Positions 24,590 to 34,669 of a stretch of DNA of 39,896 nt are shown here, piece by piece (position 1 is the first letter of the stretch; the number at the start of each line of letters is the position of its first letter). A program made the translations under genes and the position numbers. This stretch comes from Mesotaenium endlicherianum (taxonomy: Eukaryota). The notes beneath the pieces are model-generated. The model was given only the letters and a program-made list of their open reading frames with translations. It was not told the DNA's origin and did not search any database. Location of the stretch: the NCBI GenBank assembly GCA_009602735.1, contig WELA01003159.1:116134-156029 (forward strand), written 5' to 3'.

Positions 24590-25235
24590 ACAAGCAGGTG
24601 ATGAGGTGGCATCGGCGACACGCCTGGGACAGTGCTTGCTGCATGAGTTTTTCCTCCATGAGCAATCGATTGCCGGTAGAGCATTGGTGATTGTTGCGCT
24701 CTCTCTGGGACCGTCGACTGCAACCGGCGACCGGTGACTGGGACCGGCGACTGCGGGCCTCTCCCTCTTCAGTTCTAGATGTGAAGGACTGAAGCGAAAC
24801 AGGGAGGGCCGAGGACAAGCTCAAAAAAGGCGATGCATGGTCCCGTGCTTTTTGCTATCCTGGAGCCGTCAGACTCAACATGTCCAGCTTGAGGCGTCGC
24901 TGCAGGCAGGCCACGCTAGCTCGCGCATCCTAGGCCCGGGGGGAGACCGCAGCGCACTTATACGGGCCTTGGGCTGCTGCCGCCCGCCTGCCTGCCTGCC
25001 TGCCTGCCTGCCTCTCGCCTCCGGTGCGTCTGATTGGACGGCTCTCGTGCTTGTCCTGCGTGTCGGGCGCGCGCCGCAGGTGCAAGCGGAGAGGGAGTGG
25101 ATGGAGGCGGCGCTGGTGCGCGCGCTGGAGACCAAGCGCGCGCTCGAGCTCCAGCTCAAGATCGCCAGCCTGGACGCCATGGGCGCGCGCTCCTCCTCCT
25201 CCTCCTCCTCCATGCAGCGTGGGGCGCCAGCCTGA
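8462..25235 (+). CDS. Giant alpha-helical coiled-coil protein (about 3,750 aa), family unassigned (golgin/myosin-tail-like composition)
   Basis: Hand-spliced GT-AG exons: 8462-11050, 11412-13511, 13790-17846, 18577-19427, 20134-21045, 22128-22379, 22966-23089, 23491-23626, 24474-24536, 25080-25235 (TGA). Phases agree except at 22379/22966, where an N at 22292 makes the frame uncertain. The product is E/A/L/R/Q/K-rich with heptad patterning, a basic N-terminus (MAGGKKGKKGAPKK) and an acidic disordered head. No motor or enzyme domain was recognised. Extra exons could be hidden in the N gaps. Confidence 0.85.
14897..15106 (+). repeat. 105-nt (35-aa) coding tandem duplication
   Basis: QQEDELQEHRDKIRQQEGEISRHLSAVSQLDRQVQ (14897-15001) versus QQQEELRERRDHIEQQEGEISRHVAAIGQLEGQVQ (15002-15106). 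Confidence 0.9.
17570..17695 (+). repeat. 21-nt (7-aa) coding tandem repeat, 6 copies
   Basis: AELAQQN AELAQEK AEFSHGN AELASQN AELAQQN GELAQEK; the DNA unit is about GCTGAGCTGGCGCAGCAGAAC. Confidence 0.9.
19737..21588. other. Assembly gaps (N 19737-20095 and 21069-21588) flanking coiled-coil exon 20134-21045
   Basis: N runs. Other gaps: 4110-4133, 11162-11230, 17869-17934, 36360-37222, 38520-38587; single Ns at 22292 and 23650. Confidence 0.99.
22715..22735. repeat. (CTG)7 intronic microsatellite
   Basis: Read directly; lies between exons 22128-22379 and 22966-23089. Confidence 0.9.
24547..24587. repeat. (CTC)n(CTG)9 intronic compound microsatellite
   Basis: Read directly, just after the splice donor at 24537. 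Confidence 0.9.
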
Positions 25236-26957
25236 CAGGCTTGCTCCGGCGGTGCAGCGGCGCAATATCGGGGGGCATCCGTAAGCGGCATGCATGTGTG
25301 CTCGCTCGCACCTTGACTACCGTACACGTATGGTATTCTTTTACGCACATTCAGCATGCATGCATGCATTCATGCGTAGATGGATACCCATGCCCGTGTG
25401 TATACTAGTAGTAGCTCAAGCAGGAATCTGTCGCGTGCGAAATTCACCCGGCACTGTCCCAGGGACAGGGTGGCTAGAGGTGAAAGGCGGTCTGCAATCT
25501 GCAATCCACTCTGCTCTGCGCGTGCGGGAGCTAACCCAACAGTTGCATAGCGAGAGCGCTTCTTCCCAGGGCATCTGCGGCCGAGTCAGCTCTGGAGTTC
25601 CTATCTCCCCTCGGGAGTCTCTCCACGGCTATAAGTGGACTATCTTAAGTTTTAACCCAGTGGAACGAGAGGCTCAGGGCCACGAGGGCCCGAGGGCTGA
25701 GGTCCTTCTCCGCAGGACATCGCGCTTGATGATGTTGACCGTTTATCGAGCCAATGTCGAAGATAAAAACTGCTGGTCTGGAATCTTCCCCTCTTGTACC
25801 TGGTCAGCAATGGAATGAACTACGGCCTCTGGACCGACCAGACTCAAAGGTCACTTCAATCTGAGGCTTTCAGACAATCACTTCTCGGAACTATATGCTC
25901 CCCCGTATTGGGCGTGACATACACTAGTCGCAGATGGTTGCCTGGGGGGATCAAGTTAGTTATTTGGGCTATAGTGCGCCTCCCTCCCCCCCCCCCAACT
26001 ACGGTTTGAAATGGCAATTGCACGAGAAGAGGTCATTTTGTGGTTGTTCTTCAAAAATCTCAGAAGCTCAATGTAATAAAGAGCAACAGTCCTACCGAGT
26101 CGCCTTCATTGGCCCTTCATTGGCCCCAGCAATGTTCTGTCTACTGTTGAGAGCGGGACGAGCGTGTCAAAAAAACAAATACTTCTTGCACGCGACTCGT
26201 GATGCAACCTGCCCCTGATGCATCGGCAGGAACTTGGATCACTTGAAGAAATCAAGCGCACTCTCATTACCCTGCATCTATAAGTATGCTGCTTGTTGAC
26301 TCCGTGTTCTATTTTTCATGACATATCAGGAAAATTATCAACTGTGACAACACACCCCATCATGCAATGCATATCTGGAAGTAGAGGCAGCTCAACTGCT
26401 TCATGATGTATCTTTTGCAAAAAAAACTTGCCCATTGCTCATTTATCAATTGTACATGGTATTCCCAAAGAGCTCGACGTGTAGCTCATGTCACATATGT
26501 ATGTCCGTCATTCTTAATCTGCTTCCACGAGAGGCTGGGCTTTAAGAGCAATTCAGGAGAATATAGCCAAGGGGTCTATGGAGGAGCAACCTGCAAAATA
26601 ATCACTTTGGGGAAACTAAGCTACAAAATTTATATATACACAGCTCCTAGCTGCTACACATAGCATATGATGCTTCCTCTGCCCTACACAAGGACATGCT
26701 AGACTAGAACACAGTACGATATTTGAGCAACATATACTTGTTGAAAGATAGCGCTTCTATCTTCTGCTGCAGAAGCATCAGGAAGGAGATGAATCCTCTT
26801 TCAAAGTGCCTCACACCCAGAGACTTTCATCAAAGGCAAGCGATCGATTCCAGCTCCGGAAAGAGCCCCCCCTGAGTCTCACCCACACCTGCAAGACCGC
26901 ATGGCACAAAACTGGTCAGAGATTTGCACCAACATCCGCAACTCACGTGCCTCCAAC

Positions 26958-29030
26958 TCAAAACAGCCATGTCGAAGAGAGCTCCAGAGCTGCTGCAGTA
27001 CCTGTCTCAAGTGAGAAGAGAGCAGGCTCCCCAACGGCGGCCTCTTGGAGGCGGAGGTCCTTGAGCCTCGCGATTTGCGCTTGCAGGGATGCCACCTGCT
27101 GCTTTAAGCGCTGGTTCTCCTCGCTCGTCTTGCGCGCGGTCTCCAGGGCCTCGTTGAGCTTGCGCGTGACAGCCGCGTTCTCGACGTGCGACTGCGCGTT
27201 GAGGATCTCGAGCTCGTGCAGCCGCTCCTGGCGCCTCTGCCGCGAGCGCTTGGCCGATGCACGATTCGACAGCATCCTGCGGAGCGCAGCAAGGGAGAGC
27301 ACCGCTTCGAGCCAGATCAGCGATCAGGTCAAGGAAAATCGCCAGCTCGCATGCAAAGCACCGAAAGGGAACCAAAGGCCACTAAAAGAACTTTGCGACC
27401 GCTTGCTGTTCCCCCCACCTGTTCCCTGCCTGCCTGGGGCCGACCTTCAACCCCAATCCATTGTCATTGGCATTGTGCCAATGTTCCTTCTTGAGGCCTT
27501 CTTGAGGCTATTGCCAGTCAGTGTGAATACATCGACTAATAATGTGAACTAGCACGATGCAGTAAGAAGGGTCTGCAGACCTATCAGGCACACTGCACCA
27601 AGTGACACCTACCACCATGAAACCAACACCTGCTTCAAAACACATTTGCGCGCCATTCTCCGCAGTGAGAAGGCAGGAGCAAGACCCACCTTCTGACCTT
27701 CTTCTCACTTGGCGGCCCTTGTACAAGACCCTCCTTCGCAGTGCCCTCCAGGACCTCAGCATATACCTCCGCGTCGCTCGTGCCATCAGATGGATCCCAG
27801 GCCGAGGACGAGGGGACCACACCACAGTGTGCAGGCGGCGCTCCCTGGGCCACATGTTTGAGTGCTGCATCTCCAGGCGCCCTTTGCCCATTGCCAGCTG
27901 TCTGCACCTGAAGCTGCTCATTGCCTATCAGAGCTGCGTTGACGAGTGCCTCCAGATCTGAAGCAGTGAATTGCTGGGAATGGGACGTATTTGGGAATGG
28001 ACTCCCGTTCCCACTCATAGCCAAACCTGCAGAAGGGTCTGCACAGGGCAGCTCCTGAAAACCTAGAGGAAAGCCTGAGGCACCTGGAGGCTGCAGGGGG
28101 GCCAACAGCTCCATGTGTGGAAGAGTAGGCCCTAAGGAGACCCTTAAGTCGGACTTCATGGACGGATTGAGAGGTAGAGGTGGAAGGGTGCTGTTGGATG
28201 GTGTGGATTGATGGGAGGGAAGCGAGACGCTCAGCTGCCTCTCTAATTTTCCGCAGTTTGTCTGCATCCCGCCTACACTCTTCCTCTGCTTGACATTCTG
28301 ATCCCGGACCTTGAGAAGCTGCCGCAACTGACTCGGCGGCCACAGGTTGGCTGCACTGGCGGCCTCGTCAGGATTGAGCATATCCACCTTCCTTGCTGGC
28401 AATTTCTTGCTGGAGCCTTGTGCTCGACCAGGGACAGCATATTCACCCAATCGATGTTTTTTCGCGGGGCGCATGCCAGAGTACATCCTTTCCATGTCAG
28501 ACAGATAAGTGTCAAACTCTGTCTGTCGCTGCACCTCTTGGCTGGAGAGCAAAGGAAGCAGGAGAAAGGATGAGAAGATGTACTGCAATACTGTCCTGCC
28601 ATAGGGCATATTTTGGCCCTCACCATGATATAAACAGCTCAAGGGGATGCATGGACTTTTCCACACGAGAACGAACCCATGAACCAAAATGTTGGCGCCT
28701 GGAAGCAACGGAAGAAGAGACCTGTTACAACTAAGAAGATGTATAAGCAGAGACAGACAGATAATGGCTGGAAGCTGGAAACGACACATACTCGATATAT
28801 GGAGGAACCATGCGGGAACCTTCCACATAAGACAACTGTTCAGCATCTTTCAGCAAGGCAGCATCCATCAACTCTTGCCAGTTCAGGTCGCCGACGGTTT
28901 CGCTGACATCTTCCCCTGGTTCATACGCCACATCCTCCCAACTACCTTGAAGAACTTCTTGCACATATTCACCGTTAACGAAGGTCCCTCTCACTGGAGG
29001 GAGCAGAGGAAGATCTGGAGGCCTACACAT
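26958..29030 (-). CDS. bZIP transcription factor, plant group C-like (about 469 aa, 3 exons)
   Basis: Exons 29030-28792, 28541-27690 and 27276-26958 with phase-consistent GT-AG introns. There is an in-frame stop 18 nt upstream of the ATG. Splicing AG|GTGGGT (27690) to CAG|G (27276) rebuilds EKKVRRMLSNRASAKRSRQRRQERLHEL, the N-x7-R-x9-L bZIP signature. It is followed by a long zipper (VENAAV...ENQRLKQQVASLQAQI) patterned like group C/S zippers. The intron in the basic region favours C over the intronless S group. Confidence 0.9.
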
Positions 29031-29958
29031 CGTGACCGAGCCTTGCTCTTAGTCAACCAAGTTGCAGATTTTAAGTCCTACAATCAACCTATGTGCAATC
29101 ACGATTCCGATTCTAAAATTTGACCAAGAACAGGGCAGAGTGTTAGTGTGAGACTTCAAAAAGGAAATTACAACCAGCCTTCGGCGCCTACAATTAAGCT
29201 CGAAATAATGAAATAGATGCCCCTTAATTCGTTGAGATGCGGTAATGAATTGGAACAAGTCTTCAGTGAGCGGTCATGCATAATAGCGGTCGAAGCTTCA
29301 AGACAGTTCAAGAACAGATTCTCATTTGGCAGGGACTCCGTGCGAAAGCAAAGTGCGAATATATTTCTGGCAGCTGGCTGCAGCCGCGACAATTTGCACG
29401 CGTCACAGATTGTAGACGACACAAATAAACCAGTTGCCATATTAGACAACCGGGACCTGACCGGGACACGATTTAGAAGCAGCAGAAGCGATTGATTTGA
29501 TTTTAATATAGGCTTCACCAAGCTTCGCCCGTCGATGTAATTCAAATATCATTGAATGCCCTCATAGTTTGACGAAGACAAAATTAGGCAAATATGTCAT
29601 TGCTCGCCCCAGCACGCCCCTTCATAAACAAAAGGAGATATCTTCACACGAGTTTAAAATGAAGTCGGCTGGACGCGGGTCCCGGATGTAGAGGGCTTGT
29701 TGGGGCCTTTGAGTGGCCACTATTTGCAGCACGAGGCAAACCGAGTCACCTAGTCCTATCTGTAATGATCTGTAAGCATGTATAGAGTCTAGACTCTAGA
29801 GTCCAGACTGTATAAGTATAGGGCTCGAGGGCGACAGAGGAACGGGGGCGAAATTGAGACTGGTCTAGACCTGGTCTAGACTGTAAAGCGTCTACAGCCT
29901 TACTCTAGAGTTAAAGACTACAGAATTCAATCAAAATCATATCGTTTAATGACCTGTC

Positions 29959-31900
29959 TTAATTAAGGATCTTCAGTTTGTCTTTGACTGCGTTGATGAG
30001 GGCGGTGGCCTCGATGTACTTTATAAAGCGTATAAGCGCCCGGAATTGGGAGGAAGTGTTGTGCCAAACCGTGTCGTGATTCGGGCACGCGTGATACTCT
30101 CCAGCACTTGTGTCATCAACCTGGTTAACGAGTCAGTGGTTCTTCACGCGTGTGTCCTCAGCCTGGTCAAATAGTCGGTGCACTTGAATGATCAATTTTC
30201 ACACGTGTGTTGGTGGCAGATTGCCTGTGGTTGACCATTTGCTGGCCATTCTGCACTGGCACAAGCTAGTTTGGAGTTAGCACTCAGTGTCTTTCATACC
30301 AAGTCTCAATTCTTCCTTAGCTCCTATTTCAGGACTGAGCATTTTTGGAAGAAGTTTTTTGCTACTCAATTTTCCTCATAAGGACAGAAGTGTCTTACTT
30401 CTAAATAGGCTTTTGCCTAAGTTGAACCGTATTCAGGCTCAATAAATTCTAGCCAGCGGAAACTACGTCTAAGCAGTTCAATAAGTAATGCCAAATTTCA
30501 AAGAAAATCGCCTACCAGGGCTTTCGCTTAAGCAAGTGCTTGTAGGCTACCAACACCCAAATGTGGTAGATGTCCAAAAACTTCCACACTTAAGGGTGAG
30601 ATGCTCAAGTGTTGACCAGCAGCTAAGAGTAGCGCAAAACTCCCGGAAGAGTGTAGATTACCACAAAGGCGTTTTTGTGAAATGTGGAAGCTACGTTTGC
30701 CTTGCATTGTTACTGGTGTTATCTTTTGTATATCCGATTGGCTTTGACCTTTCTAGGCCAAGTTGGGCGTCACTTTGCTTGGCTAAAGATTTGAGAACTT
30801 CTTTCAAAAACTTGCTTGATTGTTTGCAAGTGACAAGTGACTAAACAAAAGAAGCATAAGGAGGATAATAGTTGAAGACAGAGAGAATTTCTTTTGCGAT
30901 GACATAAGCTTAAGCGCTTTGTGAAGAAAAGAACTGAGATTATGAAAAGTTGAAGTTGCTCTAAAAGCAGCACAGCAAAAGTTCAAGCGATGAGAAAACT
31001 CTTGAGAAGATTTTGAGTATATTAAGAAAATTCTTGTGAAGAATTTGAGTATATTAAGATGGAATTTGAGGTTGTAACGGACTAAAAGAGTTTAAAGAGT
31101 TTCAGAAAAATACCAGCTTCCGTTGAAGGGGACAAGAGAGCCCTAGTGGAAGCGTACAAACTCGTGGAGAACCAAAACATCTATGATTACGGTCAAAATG
31201 CTTCGTGGTCACGGAAATCGTAAAAATGGATATTGATAAGTAACGAACAAGTTACGCAACTTCCATGACGCTTTCTCAACTTTCTCCTCATCATAATGGT
31301 TTGATTGGAACACGTCGTGATGCTTAGGTTTGACTTAGAATATGACTCAATAAAGTTAATTCCTAAATCTGTTCCAGGCGCATACTTTTGAATGTGTATT
31401 TAGAATAGATTGCCTTTAGCAACACTCAACTTGAAGTCCACCACTGTAGCAAGCTCAAGGCATTAAGAAACTTATGGAGTAAATGACGGCATTGTTTTTC
31501 TTTCTACAATGTTTTCAGGGAAATCACTTGTGAGTCTTTCAACTTTGTTGGTCTTGTGAAACGCATTCGTCGATCTCCGATCACATTTTAGACGTACTTG
31601 GGGTGAACAAAGTCAAAGCTTACCCTCTCATGCAAGAAACTTCTCTAATAAATTATCCCTTGTGCTCTCCGCGATATGTTGGGCCACATCTCATTGATTG
31701 TATTACTGTACACTTAGCAATATTCTGGTGCTCATTCTGGTTATCCAAAGTGCCTCCTCTAAGTATTGCATATTCTGCCCTTTTTTTGCTCATTCTTAGA
31801 GATTTTTTGTCATGGTCCTTATAGATTTTGCGTAATTTCCTTTTGTAGTTGCAACCTACTATAGTAGAGTCTACCATAGACACTCATAGTTTGTAACAAT
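29959..31900. other. AT-rich intergenic island with decayed ORF-like fragments (possible transposon or viral relic)
   Basis: Visibly lower GC than the flanking genes, no CA/TG microsatellites, stop-interrupted K/E/R-rich frames and short tandem duplications. No diagnostic domain or element terminus was recognised. Confidence 0.3.
30993..31056. repeat. 32-nt imperfect tandem duplication
   Basis: AGAAAACTCTTGAGAAGATTTTGAGTATATTA followed by AGAAAATTCTTGTGAAGAATTTGAGTATATTA (3 mismatches), then a partial third copy GAATTTGAG. Confidence 0.85.
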
Positions 31901-32854
31901 TTTGATTGAGATGTGCCTGACCCTATTTAGCACGACATTACGTGTTTGTCACATGATTTGGTTCATCTTGCTCAAAATTGTAGTCCTTCCTACTTAACCA
32001 ATCCCTGTTTGAATTTCAGATACACTTTACTGGGATGTGGTTTGATGCGCTACCGTCTTTGATAAATAGTTACCGACCATCTTGCCATTTTGACTATGGC
32101 AGCCTATCTTTGTTGTTGCCTTGAGATATATTATTAATGGCAGGCAAACCTTAGCTTTAGATACAGCAATAGCGCGGCGTAGTAAGACGCATGGGAGACA
32201 CACCTTTGTGTCAAATAGATGGGTGCAAGGGTATAAAACTTAAAAGTTATGGCAGCTGCTTTTCAAGGTAGCAACATCAACCCCTCTTTGACAGGCAGAC
32301 TCATGTTTGTTTGCAATAAATTTGCAAGTTAGTATATTATTGGAGGGTGAAAGTGGGGAGCTACTGGCCTGATTGATTGTGGCCTAACAAACGCCACGTG
32401 CTTTGACTAGTTTTGGCACATTGTTGCTCACTAGCTTGCACGTGAACACATCAATCCCCAATCCTTTTTTACAATTATAGAAATTAATAAATGCCCTGAC
32501 AATTCCGTATTACAACGCACCCATCGTGCAAGTATAATGATACTCTAAACACCTCCAAAAGAAAGCAAATCTATAACTTATACGTTTGACTGTACAGCAA
32601 TCCATAGGAATGATGTTGAAGCCCGTTGCCTATGTTACCCACCCATCTCTCTTATATAAATTGATCCGATAAAAAGAAGTGAAGGTACCACCCGCCCATT
32701 CTCAGAAACACTTCACTGGACACTTTTCGCGTCTTCAGAGAGGATTGTGTCCAATTCTCCCATAAGCTACAAGGAAAAGGAGCAAGCAAGCTATTGCATC
32801 CAAACAGCCATGGGAATAACAATTATTGTTCAGTTATTTGTATCCACGCACTCC

Positions 32855-34638
32855 TCATGCTTGCAGTTTGTCATACATGTAATTCTCGCGCTCGGGAGCC
32901 TTGAGCTGCACGTTAATGGTGCGAAGCACGTCGAAGTTGGTCATTGGCTTGTCCTTGGGTACCGATCGAAACGAATTGGAAAAGGCCCCCTTGCAAATTG
33001 GGTCATAGAGGCCGTGCCCATCGCAGACGCCCGTGGGGTTGCCGTCGCCGGGCGGATACACGCTCAGATAAGGTGTCCCGGGACTCAGGATGTTCGTCGC
33101 GGACAAGAAGTCCGGGTAAATGGCGTTGTCGTTGCTTGGGAAGGTGAAGCCGAAGTTTTCAAAGTTGAGGTTCGGGTGCGCGTGGCGCCACGAGACAAGC
33201 AGGCGGTCGACGTTGGTGTGGTGCACCCAGAAGATGGGATCCAGGGGTGACGTGCCCACATCTGCACGGTGGGGGCAACGGAAAAAGCAAAAGACATTCA
33301 GGACGCGTGCCCTTGTCAGGTGTACAGAGATTGGGCCATTTTAAGACCTTCAATCGGCGATATAATGATTTGTGTGCTGCCTGCACGCTCACAGCATCAC
33401 TCCCGATCTGGGGATAGCAGCTCACCATGGCGCTAGCAACATGATGGGTGCGAGAGAGAGGGTCGGAAGCTCACCACTGTAGTCTCCTATGACGCCGCTG
33501 CTGCAGACTCCAAACACTCCTAAGCCGGCCACATCTGGGGATAGGAAGAGCGGGAAGGGTGCTGTGGCATTGCTGCCGTAGTACTCCTTGTTGAACAGCC
33601 TCCTGATTTCTTTGCCAGGGTCGCACCTCGGATAACGCACCGCAGATACGGAGTACGTCCACCCACACAGGAGAGGAGCAAAGGGCACTGCTGGATGACG
33701 AGACAAAAGTCCCTAAATGCTTGAAATCACCACTCTGAACTTGCCATCATACAGTTCAAAAAGAGCTCGTCTGCAGTACGCAACATTCGGGGCCCTGTCA
33801 TGCTATTATTTCGGAGTCCGGACAACTATTGAACAAAACAAAGCCGAACTCCAACCAGACAAGCGTCCCTTGCACTCTGTGCCAGGAGAAGCAAGGAGAA
33901 TGACCCCTAAGGACGGCACCGCCACAATGGGCCGCCTCCTTTTTTCGCTCTGCCGCTGCCCCGCTTACCATGACAACAATAATGGCAGCATACGAACGAC
34001 TGCAGAGCCACCGGCACTCAGGAAAGACCAAGGGCATGGCCCCCGGGCCAAGAACGCCAGCCGCGGCCTGCCGTCGCCGGGCGGCTGCCGGGCGGCGGGG
34101 TTGGACTTTGCACGCCCACTAGCTCCCAGGCTGAAGACTTCTGCTGAGCCTATGCCGTGCTCCGACACCGAGCTGCTGCTGACTCAGCGCCCCTCTGAGG
34201 GCTGCCAGATGCATCTGCGGAGAGACTCAACAGTCCCGCCACACAGCACGAGCAAGCAAGCACAAACAAGCACGGAGCGCTCAGCCTGGCAGCCGCGTGT
34301 GAAAGACGAAGCCACTGAGTGCGAGCGCGTGGGCCTGGGCGTGAACGTGGGCGTGGGCGGGTGATGGCGGGTGAGGCCGTACCTCCTGCAGGCACTTGCA
34401 GTCGCACTCCTCCCTGGTCTGCGTCAGAGCGCACACCTTACTGCCGCACGTCATGCAAACCTCCACGCCCAGCAGGCCGCGCGCCAGCACGCCGCCGTAC
34501 GCGAGCGTGTAGTACGCCGCGGCGCAGAGGCCGGGGCCAAAGTCGTCGAGCGCCGTGCAGTTGAGCTTGCTCTGGTTCTCCTCAAACGACGGGACGCCGG
34601 CGAGGCCCGCAGGCCAGTGATGCGCGGGGCCATGAACT

Positions 34639-34669
<31 letters not shown>

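Noticed and set aside
27419..27507. Possible extra bZIP exon (PQEGLKKEHWH...)
   Set aside because: It is phase-compatible, but direct splicing from 27690 to 27276 rebuilds the canonical KKVRRMLSNR basic region, whereas this exon would remove its N-terminal basic residues.
32393..32445. G-box-like CACGTG motifs
   Set aside because: They lie downstream of the tyrosinase and far from the bZIP start, and CACGTG is frequent in this RY-rich sequence.
32495..32535. TCCGTATTACAACGCAC loosely recalls a plant Helitron 3' hairpin
   Set aside because: The stem does not close and no CTAG terminus follows.
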